NCBI GenBank assembly: GCA_020849535.1
Contig: JADLGB010000142.1
Location: 2,688-66,687 of the forward strand
Origin: Candidatus Hydrogenedentota bacterium
GTDB taxonomy: Bacteria; Hydrogenedentota; Hydrogenedentia; Hydrogenedentales; SLHB01
Direction of reading: 5' to 3'
DNA: 64,000 nt
The translations under genes and the position numbers were made by a program. The notes below the pieces were generated by a model. It ran no database searches, was not told the DNA's origin, and was given only the letters and a program-made list of their open reading frames with translations. This document shows positions 16,976 to 24,939 of this stretch, piece by piece (position 1 is the first letter of the stretch; each line of letters opens with the position of its first letter).

Positions 16976-19555
16976 ATGAGTGTCAGTGCCGCCAGCATTT
17001 CAGCCCCTGGAGTACAACAGGATTCGCGATCGTGGCCGTTAGGCAGTGTACTGAAAACCGGCACGGTTGCCCTCCAATTCGCGCTCGTGGCGTTGGTGTT
17101 CACCGCGGTGCGTCTCGAGAGCGAGGCCTTCCGCCAGGTGCTCTACATTTCGGTCGCGGCGTTTCCCATCAACCATTTCCTGCCGCTGCGATTCCGGCTC
17201 CCCTTCTTCGTGCTGCTGAGCGTGGGGATCATCATCAAGATTCTCGGCGTCGAGAGCGCGGCGTGGGTGTTCGGGATCGGGCTGGTCTTCATTGGCCTGT
17301 GCCACGTGCCGGCACCTGTCAAGGTCCGCGTCGGGCTGGTGGCGGCCGCGGCACTGGCGCTCGCAACGTTTCGCGCGGGATGGGTGGACGCGCCCTGGCC
17401 CGGCGGGATTTGGCCGATCCTCGGGGCCATGTTCATGTTCCGGATGATCGTGTACCTCTACGACCTGTCTCACCAATCGGCGCCAACCGGTCCATGGCGC
17501 GCCCTGGCTTACTTCTTCATGATTCCGAACGTGTGTTTCCCGCTCTTCCCCGTCGTGGACTATCAAGCCTTCTGCCGCACCTACTACAACGAGGACGCGT
17601 ACAAGATCTACCAGACCGGCATCAAGTGGATGCTTCGCGGCGCGCTGCACTTCATTCTCTACCGGTTCATCTACACGTTCCTCCTGGTGGGTCCGGAAGA
17701 GATCCAGGGGGCGGGTGACTTCTTCCAGCATATGGTGACGACGTACCTGCTCTACTTGCAGGTTTCCGCCATGTTCCACACCATTATCGGTCTTCTGCAT
17801 CTGTTCGGATTCAACCTGCCCGAGACCAATCACCACTACGTGCTAGCATCCAGCTTCACGGACTTCTGGCGGCGGATTAACATCTACTGGAAAGACTTCA
17901 TGATGAAGGTCTTCTTCTATCCGCTGTTTTTCCGGTTGCGCAAGCGCGGCACAACCCAAGCCATGATCCTGGCGACGCTAATCGCCTTTTTCGCCACCTG
18001 GTTCCTCCACGCGTACCAGTGGTATTGGCTGCGGGGCGCCTTCCTGTTCACGACGCCGGACGTCGTATTCTGGTTGATCCTCGGCGTCCTGGTGACGCTG
18101 AGCGTGTGGGCCGAGGCCCGGTCAAAGAAGAAAGTGGTGCCCGCGTCGGGTCCCGAGAGCGCCAAGCTCGCCGCCGCCCTCGCGCTGAAGACGGTGGCTA
18201 CCTTTCTCACCATCACCTTCCTGTGGTCCCTGTGGACCTCCGAGTCGCTGATGGAATGGAAGGCCATGCTGCTTCAACTGCGCCACTGGGACGCGGCGGG
18301 TGTGCTGAAGATCGGTGTCGCGTGCGCCGCGCTTGCGGTTGCCGCGGTCGCCGTCGGGCGCGACCAGTGGATGATCGGCGCCGCCGCCCGGCAGCGCGCC
18401 GCCAAGGCGAAACCGTTTGACTTCTGGCGCAGTGCGGCCGCCAATGGCGCCGCGGGCGCATTCATCGTGTCGTTGGCCCTGGCGGAGGTGCAAAGCCATC
18501 TCAGTCCCACGATGGTGGCGGTCCTTGAATCCATCGAAGCGCCCTCGCTCAACGCGCGCGACGAGGCCGCGTTGCAGGGCGGTTACTACGAAGACCTGAT
18601 TCAGGTGGACCGATTCAACCCCGAACTGCAAGCGAAGTATAGCAGGCAGCCGAAGGATTATTTCGACGAGTGGCGCGCCGCGATGAACACGAAACGCGAC
18701 GACTACCTGGGCATCGAGTTGACACCTTCCGCGGCGATCACCTACGCGGGCGTGACGTACACGACGAACGAGTGGGGCATGCGCGACAAGCCGTATACGA
18801 GGGAGAAGCAGGATGGCGTTTGCCGGGTTGGCATCATCGGCTCGTCGCACGTGATGGGATGGGGCGTGAACGATGGCGAAGTGTGCGATGCGGTCGCGGA
18901 AGCCCGATTGAACGCGGAGGGCCTTCCTTGCGAGTTGCTCAACTTCTCGGTGAACGGGTACGACCCGATTCAGAAGACGATCACCCTGCGCGACAAAATG
19001 CTGGATTTCGATTTGGATGCCGCATTTCTCTTCTGCCACCGGATTGAAAAGCAATGGATCGTATCCCATCTCGTGCAGCGCGTGAAGAGCGGATTGGCGA
19101 TCGTCGAACCGCGCATCCAGGAAGTGTTGGCGGCGTCCGGTGCGACCAAGGACATGAGCGAGCCCGAGATCAAGGTGCGGCTGAGCGGCTCCGGTTCCGA
19201 ATTGCTCAGGTCATTCACCACCTTTGCGGAGGCCTGCCGCGAGCAGGGCATCCAATCGGTGTGGATCTTCATGCCGGAGAAGGGCCGCGTCACCTTCTTC
19301 GATCGCGACATCAAAGAGCTGTTTGAATGCGCGGAAGCGGCCGGCTTCGATCAAATCCTGGACTATTCCGACGCCTTCAAGGGATATCCGGAAAAGGAGC
19401 TGGCCATCTCGGACTACGACGACCATCCGAACGCGTTGGCCCACAGCCTTCTTGCGCATCGCATTTTTGAAACCATCAAGACGAACGACGCGGTATTTGC
19501 CGGCGGCTTGGCGCCGCAGGGCGAAGCCCCCGCGGCAACTTTGGCCCAACGATAA
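16976..19555 (+). CDS. fused MBOAT-family O-acyltransferase (DltB/AlgI-like) and C-terminal SGNH/DltD-AlgJ-like domain
   Basis: The N-terminal ~470 aa are polytopic and carry MBOAT-like motifs (GAMFMFRMIVYLYDL; FNLPETNHHYVLASSFTDFWRRINIYWKDFMMKVFFYPL). The C-terminal domain has SGNH block I-like VGIIGSSHVMGWG and block V-like DYDDHPNALAH. AAGGAGA lies upstream of the ATG. Confidence 0.8.
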   Translation: MSVSAASISAPGVQQDSRSWPLGSVLKTGTVALQFALVALVFTAVRLESEAFRQVLYISVAAFPINHFLPLRFRLPFFVLLSVGIIIKILGVESAAWVFGIGLVFIGLCHVPAPVKVRVGLVAAAALALATFRAGWVDAPWPGGIWPILGAMFMFRMIVYLYDLSHQSAPTGPWRALAYFFMIPNVCFPLFPVVDYQAFCRTYYNEDAYKIYQTGIKWMLRGALHFILYRFIYTFLLVGPEEIQGAGDFFQHMVTTYLLYLQVSAMFHTIIGLLHLFGFNLPETNHHYVLASSFTDFWRRINIYWKDFMMKVFFYPLFFRLRKRGTTQAMILATLIAFFATWFLHAYQWYWLRGAFLFTTPDVVFWLILGVLVTLSVWAEARSKKKVVPASGPESAKLAAALALKTVATFLTITFLWSLWTSESLMEWKAMLLQLRHWDAAGVLKIGVACAALAVAAVAVGRDQWMIGAAARQRAAKAKPFDFWRSAAANGAAGAFIVSLALAEVQSHLSPTMVAVLESIEAPSLNARDEAALQGGYYEDLIQVDRFNPELQAKYSRQPKDYFDEWRAAMNTKRDDYLGIELTPSAAITYAGVTYTTNEWGMRDKPYTREKQDGVCRVGIIGSSHVMGWGVNDGEVCDAVAEARLNAEGLPCELLNFSVNGYDPIQKTITLRDKMLDFDLDAAFLFCHRIEKQWIVSHLVQRVKSGLAIVEPRIQEVLAASGATKDMSEPEIKVRLSGSGSELLRSFTTFAEACREQGIQSVWIFMPEKGRVTFFDRDIKELFECAEAAGFDQILDYSDAFKGYPEKELAISDYDDHPNALAHSLLAHRIFETIKTNDAVFAGGLAPQGEAPAATLAQR

Positions 19556-19573
19556 CCATAGAGGAATTACAGC

Positions 19574-19843
19574 ATGAACGATGATGCCCAGAGCATTCAG
19601 AATTCTGTAAAGGACTACCTCCTGAAGACGTTTCTTCCCGGCGAAGATCCGGATTCGCTCACGCCGGACACCCCGCTGATTTCCGGCGGCATTCTCGACT
19701 CGATCTCGACGGTGAAACTGGTGACCTTTCTTGAGGAGCAATACAAGGTCGAATTTCAGGCCCACGAGATCAGCTCCGATACCCTCGAGACATTGACGGA
19801 CATCGCCAAGACCATTCAGCTCAAGAGCGCGGCGCGCGCATGA
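19574..19843 (+). CDS. acyl/D-alanyl carrier protein (DltC-like)
   Basis: 89 aa. The phosphopantetheine attachment motif is GGILDSISTVKLV (Ser codon 19700..19702). GAGGAA lies upstream of the ATG. Confidence 0.85.
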   Translation: MNDDAQSIQNSVKDYLLKTFLPGEDPDSLTPDTPLISGGILDSISTVKLVTFLEEQYKVEFQAHEISSDTLETLTDIAKTIQLKSAARA

Positions 19844-21387
19844 CGCGGCTTCACCAGTTTCTCGAACGGTCAGCGCAGGCGTATCCTGAAAAGACCGCGG
19901 TGGTGGACGCCGAGCGCGGCGTCTCCGCGACGTATAGCGAACTCCAGAAACAAGCCGAAGCCATCCAAGAGCAACTCGCGGCGGCCGGGGTGGTCGCGGG
20001 CGACCGCGTGGGCATTTGCATGCCGAAGTCCATTGGAAGCTTTGCGGGACTCTTCGGCGCCCTGCGTGCGGGCGCGGCCTACGTGCCGGTGGATTCCACC
20101 GCACCGGCCGTGCGCAACGCACTGATATTCAACGATTGCGCGGTGCGCGCCATCCTTGTGGCCGGGAATCTCGCGGAGAGCCTGTGCGCCGAACTGGGCG
20201 ATGGGCGTTACCGAAGCGCGGGTGAATTGGCGTTCCTTGCGCCGCATGGCGTCCCCGCAGTGCTCCTCGTCGCGGAGCCGCGAACGGAGCAACGCTTCGA
20301 TGGCGTGGACACCTCGAACCTGGCCTACATCCTTTACACTTCCGGTTCGACAGGCAAGCCCAAAGGCGTGATGCACACCCACGCCAGCGCCCTGGCTTTT
20401 ATCGATTGGTGTTCGGAACTTTTCGCCCCCAATGCGGACGACTGCTTCTCGTCGCACGCGTCGTTTCACTTCGACTTGTCCATTCTCGACATTTACGTCT
20501 GTATCAAGCACGGCGGCAAATTGGTCCTTCTTGGAGAGTCCCTGGGAAAGCAGCCGGCGAAGCTCGCGGAGGTCATCCTTTCCGAGCGCATCACCATCTG
20601 GTATTCGACGCCGTCCATCCTTCGGCTGCTGGCGGAGTACGGGCAAGATGCGCAGCACGACCGCGTGGCGCTTCGCGTCGTGTTCTTCGCGGGCGAGGTC
20701 TTCCCCGTGAAGCATCTGCGCGCCGTGATGGCCATGTGGCCCAAGCCACGCTACTTGAACCTCTACGGGCCGACCGAGACAAACGTGTGCACGTACTATG
20801 AAGTCCCCGTCACGTTCCCCGAGTCACGCACAGAGCCTTTCCCCATCGGCAAGGATTGTTCCGGGGATGTGTGCATGGTGGCCGATGAACGAGGCCAGGA
20901 AGTGCCGCACGGAGAAGAGGGCGAACTCTTCGTCAAGGGCGGCTCCGTCATGCGTGGCTACTGGAACCTGCCACAGCGCAACGCGGAAGCCTTCTTCATC
21001 GACAAGCAGGGTGGACACTGGTACAAGACGGGCGATGTGGTGAAGGTCAATGCCGACGGCGACTACGAATACCTCGGGCGGCGCGATCGCATGGTCAAAC
21101 GGCGCGGTTATCGCGTGGAACTCGGTGAAATCGAGGCGGCGTTGTACACGCACGAGTCCGTTTCGGAGGCCGCGGTGGTGGCCACGCCGGATGTCGAGAA
21201 TGGCGTGGTCATCCGGGCGTTTCTGAACTGGTCGGGGGATAAGTCCCCATCGCTGATCGCGATGAAGCAATTCTGCTCGAAGAAGCTCCCCCTCTACATG
21301 ATCCCCGACAAATTCATCCCCGTGGTGGCCCTGCCCAAGACGTCCACCGAAAAGGTGGACTATCAGAAGCTGCTGGAAATGGAGTAA
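19840..21387 (+). CDS. stand-alone amino acid adenylating enzyme (DltA-like carrier protein ligase)
   Basis: It has an ATGA overlap with the carrier gene. The A-domain core motifs are LAYILYTSGSTGKPKGV, FHFDLS (Asp 20473..20475), NLYGPTET, GELFVKGGSVMRGYW, YKTGD, GRRDRMVKRRGYRVELGEIE and PKTSTEKVD. Confidence 0.9.
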   Translation: MTRLHQFLERSAQAYPEKTAVVDAERGVSATYSELQKQAEAIQEQLAAAGVVAGDRVGICMPKSIGSFAGLFGALRAGAAYVPVDSTAPAVRNALIFNDCAVRAILVAGNLAESLCAELGDGRYRSAGELAFLAPHGVPAVLLVAEPRTEQRFDGVDTSNLAYILYTSGSTGKPKGVMHTHASALAFIDWCSELFAPNADDCFSSHASFHFDLSILDIYVCIKHGGKLVLLGESLGKQPAKLAEVILSERITIWYSTPSILRLLAEYGQDAQHDRVALRVVFFAGEVFPVKHLRAVMAMWPKPRYLNLYGPTETNVCTYYEVPVTFPESRTEPFPIGKDCSGDVCMVADERGQEVPHGEEGELFVKGGSVMRGYWNLPQRNAEAFFIDKQGGHWYKTGDVVKVNADGDYEYLGRRDRMVKRRGYRVELGEIEAALYTHESVSEAAVVATPDVENGVVIRAFLNWSGDKSPSLIAMKQFCSKKLPLYMIPDKFIPVVALPKTSTEKVDYQKLLEME

Positions 21388-21449
21388 CCAAAGAAGCGGC
21401 CGCGAGGATGCCTTCCCTGCGGTGACACGAAGTGACGGAGGAGTACCCT

Positions 21450-22598
21450 GTGGATTTTTCGTTGACCGAAGACCAGCGCCAGCTTCGCGACCGCATGGCG
21501 AAGTTCGCACAACTTGAGCTGAACAGCGGGGCGATCGAACGCGATAGGGATCAGGTTTTCCCGCACGACCTGTGGAAGCGTTGCGGCGAAATGGGCCTGC
21601 AAGGCTTGCCGGTGCCGCCCGAATATGGCGGCGAAGGGCTCGATCCCTTGAGTACGGCCATCGCCCTGGAGGGTTTTGGCTACGGCTGCCGCGACGCGGG
21701 CTTGCTGTTCGCGGTTTGCGCCCACCTTCTTGCATGTGTGGTTCCCATTTCGTTGCACGGCAGCGGCGCGGTCAAAAAGAAGTACCTTCCCGGCTTGTGC
21801 AACGGCACGCTCATTGCCGTGAATGGAATGACGGAGGAGACTTCGGGCTCGGATGCGTTCCACATGGCGAGCAGGGCGGCCGCCGATGGCGATGGGTATC
21901 GCATCAGCGGCGTGAAGACCCTCGCCACCAATGCGCCGATAGCCAACCTCGCCGTGATCTATGCCGTGACCGATGAGAAAAAAGGCGCACATGGTGGCAT
22001 CACCGGCTTTGTCGTGGAAACGAATACGCCGGGCCTCCGGCAGGGTCAGCGCTTCGACAAGTTGGGCTTTCGCACCGCCCAGATGGGCCGCTTGGATTTC
22101 AAGGATGTCGTCGTGCCGAAGGAGAATGTCCTGGGCGGCGCCGGTGGAGGGTCCACGATATTCACGCAGTCCATGGAGTGGGAGCGCATCTGCATCGCCG
22201 CATGCCACGTGGGCGCCATGCAGCACTTGATGGAGCGCGCCATCGAGTATGCGCGCACCCGCACTGCCCAAGGCAGCCCCATCGGCAAGTATCAGGCCGT
22301 TTCTCACAAGATTGCGGATATGAAGATCCGGTTGGAAACGGCGCGTCTGCTCGTGTACCACGCGGCCTCGCGCATCGGCAAGGCGCGGGATAATGCCATG
22401 AACGCTTCCATGGTCAAGGTGTATGCGAGCGAGTGCCTCCAAAAGACCGCGATGGATACGATCCAGATCTTCGGGGGCCATGGCATCCTGACGGAGAATG
22501 AACTTGAGCGGGCGCTCCGCGATTCCATCGGGAGCAGCATCTACTCAGGCACCAACGAGGTACAGCGCAACATCATCGCGAGCTGGCTCGGCCTCTGA
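21450..22598 (+). CDS. acyl-CoA dehydrogenase-family flavoprotein
   Basis: The start is taken as GTG 21450 (VDFSLTEDQRQLRD, the usual ACAD N-terminus), 6 nt after GGAGGAG; the ORF track begins at 21432. ACAD signatures are GMTEETSGSD and the C-terminal IYSGTNEVQRNIIA. Confidence 0.85.
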   Translation: MDFSLTEDQRQLRDRMAKFAQLELNSGAIERDRDQVFPHDLWKRCGEMGLQGLPVPPEYGGEGLDPLSTAIALEGFGYGCRDAGLLFAVCAHLLACVVPISLHGSGAVKKKYLPGLCNGTLIAVNGMTEETSGSDAFHMASRAAADGDGYRISGVKTLATNAPIANLAVIYAVTDEKKGAHGGITGFVVETNTPGLRQGQRFDKLGFRTAQMGRLDFKDVVVPKENVLGGAGGGSTIFTQSMEWERICIAACHVGAMQHLMERAIEYARTRTAQGSPIGKYQAVSHKIADMKIRLETARLLVYHAASRIGKARDNAMNASMVKVYASECLQKTAMDTIQIFGGHGILTENELERALRDSIGSSIYSGTNEVQRNIIASWLGL

Positions 22599-22685
22599 GC
22601 CGGTCGTTCTCCAGAACTTCCACAGCAACGCTTCGCCGGAAGAGCCGGCCAGTGCCACCCTTTCGCCAAGAGCGTAATCCTCCTC

Positions 22686-22711
22686 GTAGGGCGGGATTGA
22701 TTCCCGCCTAC
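22686..22711. repeat. hairpin repeat, family E (GTAGGGCGGGATTGATTCCCGCCTAC)
   Basis: A self-complementary 26-mer. Related copies lie at 31574..31596 and 31726..31748. Confidence 0.7.
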
Positions 22712-22939
22712 CTCATCTGGCGGGCACGGATCAGGCCCAACGTGCAGAACGCGTACCTTGAGACGGCCCCGTCAATCATTAGTCATTGGTGGATAACATC
22801 TTACAGGCGTCCTAAGTGGAATCCGCACTACCTGTTTTGTAAATAATTGCCAACATTTGATTTTCGCGTAAACGCACTATTGGCGCTTTTCTTGCTTCCT
22901 CTAAGCGGGGTGGTAACCAAAACTGCGGGGGAAGTAATC

Positions 22940-23713
22940 ATGAAGACTGGGGGAAAGATCCGTCCTGCGTTCGCCACCTTATGCGCGATTCTGCTGGCCT
23001 GCGGCTCAGCGTACGGGCTCACCTTGGAACTCTACAATGACTTCGGCGGGGCTCAACCGGTAAGCGGCCAGTCCACCTTCGACTGGGACTACGACTTGTC
23101 TGCGTATAGCTTCCTCAGTGCGAGCTACGTGACCATCAACAGCGCGACACTCGAGGTATGGGCCCAGAGCGTCGACACGAATGCGGACATCCCTTCCAAC
23201 GTCACGTGGGGAACGTCCTGGCAGTATTACTCGGGAAGTTTGGCGGACCTGCTCATCGGGGAAGCGGATTCGGGCTCCACTGCGTTGGTCAGTCCGCTAA
23301 CCACGCTGAACCTGCTGCCGGGAGTCACCACCTACGCCTACTTGGAGGATGGCGATTTCCTGGCCGAAGTCCACGTGAACGAGACGAATAACTGGCACGT
23401 GGTTTCGTCCAATACCGTCGGTCACTACGAATGGTACGAATCGGGCGGTTACTGGGTGTACTACGGTCCTTTCAACATGTGGAGATACTGGCAGCCGACG
23501 TACAGCCAGCGCTGGGTCTACGATTACACCCAGTACTTTTACAACCCGAACTACGACGGTATGCTGACCCTGCTGAATTCCCGGCTGCTCATCGATTACA
23601 CGATTGATACCAATCATCCCGACTATCAGACGGTCGTGCCCGAGCCGGCCTCGCTGATCATTCTAGGTTTGGGCCTTTCGGGCCTCGCCGTGCGCAGACT
23701 CCGCAAGAGCTGA
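22940..23713 (+). CDS. PEP-CTERM sorting-signal protein
   Basis: Start moved to ATG 22940 (MKTGGKIRPAFATLCAILLACGSAYG signal peptide). The C-terminus VPEPASLIILGLGLSGLAVRRLRKS is a textbook PEP-CTERM anchor. Confidence 0.85.
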   Translation: MKTGGKIRPAFATLCAILLACGSAYGLTLELYNDFGGAQPVSGQSTFDWDYDLSAYSFLSASYVTINSATLEVWAQSVDTNADIPSNVTWGTSWQYYSGSLADLLIGEADSGSTALVSPLTTLNLLPGVTTYAYLEDGDFLAEVHVNETNNWHVVSSNTVGHYEWYESGGYWVYYGPFNMWRYWQPTYSQRWVYDYTQYFYNPNYDGMLTLLNSRLLIDYTIDTNHPDYQTVVPEPASLIILGLGLSGLAVRRLRKS

Positions 23714-23740
23714 CTCCTGTCCGCTCTCGGTTCTCCTCTG

Positions 23741-23770
23741 CCCCCGCCTTGTGGCGGGGGTTTGCCTTTG
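23741..23770 (+). terminator. rho-independent terminator candidate
   Basis: The stem CCCCCGCC / GGCGGGGG has a TTGT loop (23741..23760) and is followed by TTTGCCTTTG. It lies 28 nt after the PEP-CTERM gene stop. Confidence 0.7.
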
Positions 23771-23978
23771 TCGTGGAGACTGTATGTACGAGACGGCGGG
23801 CGCGCGCCACAGGGAATTCCGGCCGGCAAGACTCTAGCGCTGTGCCCCAACGGGCCTCAGTGCTCACTTCCGAAACATTCCACGGGGAAATGTCAGGCGA
23901 GTTGTCTAGCCACGGGGGTGCCAAGAGGCTGCCCGACTGCCGCAGAATTTGGAAGACGACGGCGCATCATGCGTTTAT

Positions 23979-24241
23979 GGCCTGAAAGGCCAAAATACCC
24001 AAAGCCCAGGGTTGGCCGTAGCGTCAGCGAAGGCCTACCCTGGGTATCGGGATGCACATTCTTACTACCCTGAAAGGGATGCATAGCCGTCGAGTCGCCA
24101 ATCCCAAACGCGCCGTTCATCAGATTGAACCGTGAGTTATGCACCCCTTTCAGGGGATGCTCCTGGAAGGCGCTGACCCTGGGTAGTCCCGCCGTTTCGG
24201 CGGGCCAACCCAGGGCTAAGAGTACATAGGCCCTTCAGGCC
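23979..24241. repeat. inverted pair of ~100-nt REP-like units, family C
   Basis: Unit 1 (23979..24078) comprises GGCCTGAAAGGCC, then the CCCAGGG...CCCTGGG hairpin (24005..24044), then CCCTGAAAGGG. Unit 2 (24144..24241) is the mirror image: CCCCTTTCAGGGG, then CCCTGGG...CCCAGGG (24177..24215), then GGCCCTTCAGGCC. Confidence 0.8.
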
Positions 24242-24586
24242 ATTGCGGCGGCTCAACGCCGCCGATTCGCACCCATCTTGCCGGGGCTCAACTCACTCTG
24301 AATCACCGCGATAGATTCCAAAGAGAGGCGTACCAGCCAGAGTTTGTGAGGATAACGGAACGGGCAGATTTAGTGCGATTGCCCTGAGAAAGTACAAACG
24401 ATGCCAGAACGAACGGCAAAGTCACGTGGATAGAGATGCAACGCCGACGCAGCGATCTCAAGGCCCCATTCACGACGCGGCCGAAGAAGTGGGGCATCCC
24501 CCTGCACCTTTTCGCTTCAGAGAGACGCACGCGGTATTCTTCTCTTGCGTCATGTCAGCAGCACGGTCAACATGAGGGACGAGACC

Positions 24587-24928
24587 ATGTATATCGATGA
24601 CCTAGTCTTTGTCGGGCTGAATGGATATGCCTTGGCCTTGCACCGGGAAACAGGCGAGATCGTGTGGTCGAACGATCAGATGCACTCCGGATACGTCACG
24701 CTGTTGCTCGATGGCGATCGGCTCATCGTTTCAACCAACGGCTACATCTACTGCCTCGATCCGATGACCGGCCAGATCCTTTGGCACAACCCTCTCAAGG
24801 GGTACGGCATGGGTGCGCCCACTTCGCTGGTGTCGATCCGCGGCCAAAGCATGCAGGAGGTTACCATGCAAGCAGCCGCGGCGCAGGCCCAGACCCAGGC
24901 AGCGTCAACGTCGTCCGCGTCAAGCTGA
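24587..24928 (+). CDS. small PQQ-like beta-propeller repeat protein
   Basis: It has BamB/PQQ-type repeat motifs (ALHRETGEIVWSN; YIYCLDPMTGQILWHN) and a Q/A/S-rich tail. The start is uncertain: ATG 24587 is preferred because GAGGGA lies upstream, and ATG 24572 or TTG 24545 are possible. Confidence 0.55.
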   Translation: MYIDDLVFVGLNGYALALHRETGEIVWSNDQMHSGYVTLLLDGDRLIVSTNGYIYCLDPMTGQILWHNPLKGYGMGAPTSLVSIRGQSMQEVTMQAAAAQAQTQAASTSSASS

Positions 24929-24939
24929 GGGGATGCCGT

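Noticed and set aside
21363-22481. 372-aa ORF on the - strand (similar cases: 19211..20122, 19870..20715 and 20824..21735)
   Set aside because: All of these lie antisense to the adenylating-enzyme and ACAD genes, which carry complete family motifs. They are shadow ORFs of a GC-rich coding region.
13914-24300. tRNA-Gln/tRNA-Glu as the integration site of a genomic island carrying the GT-C-like, Dlt-like and PEP-CTERM genes
   Set aside because: There is no integrase, and I could not find a direct repeat of either tRNA 3' end downstream. The composition does not look different from the flanks.
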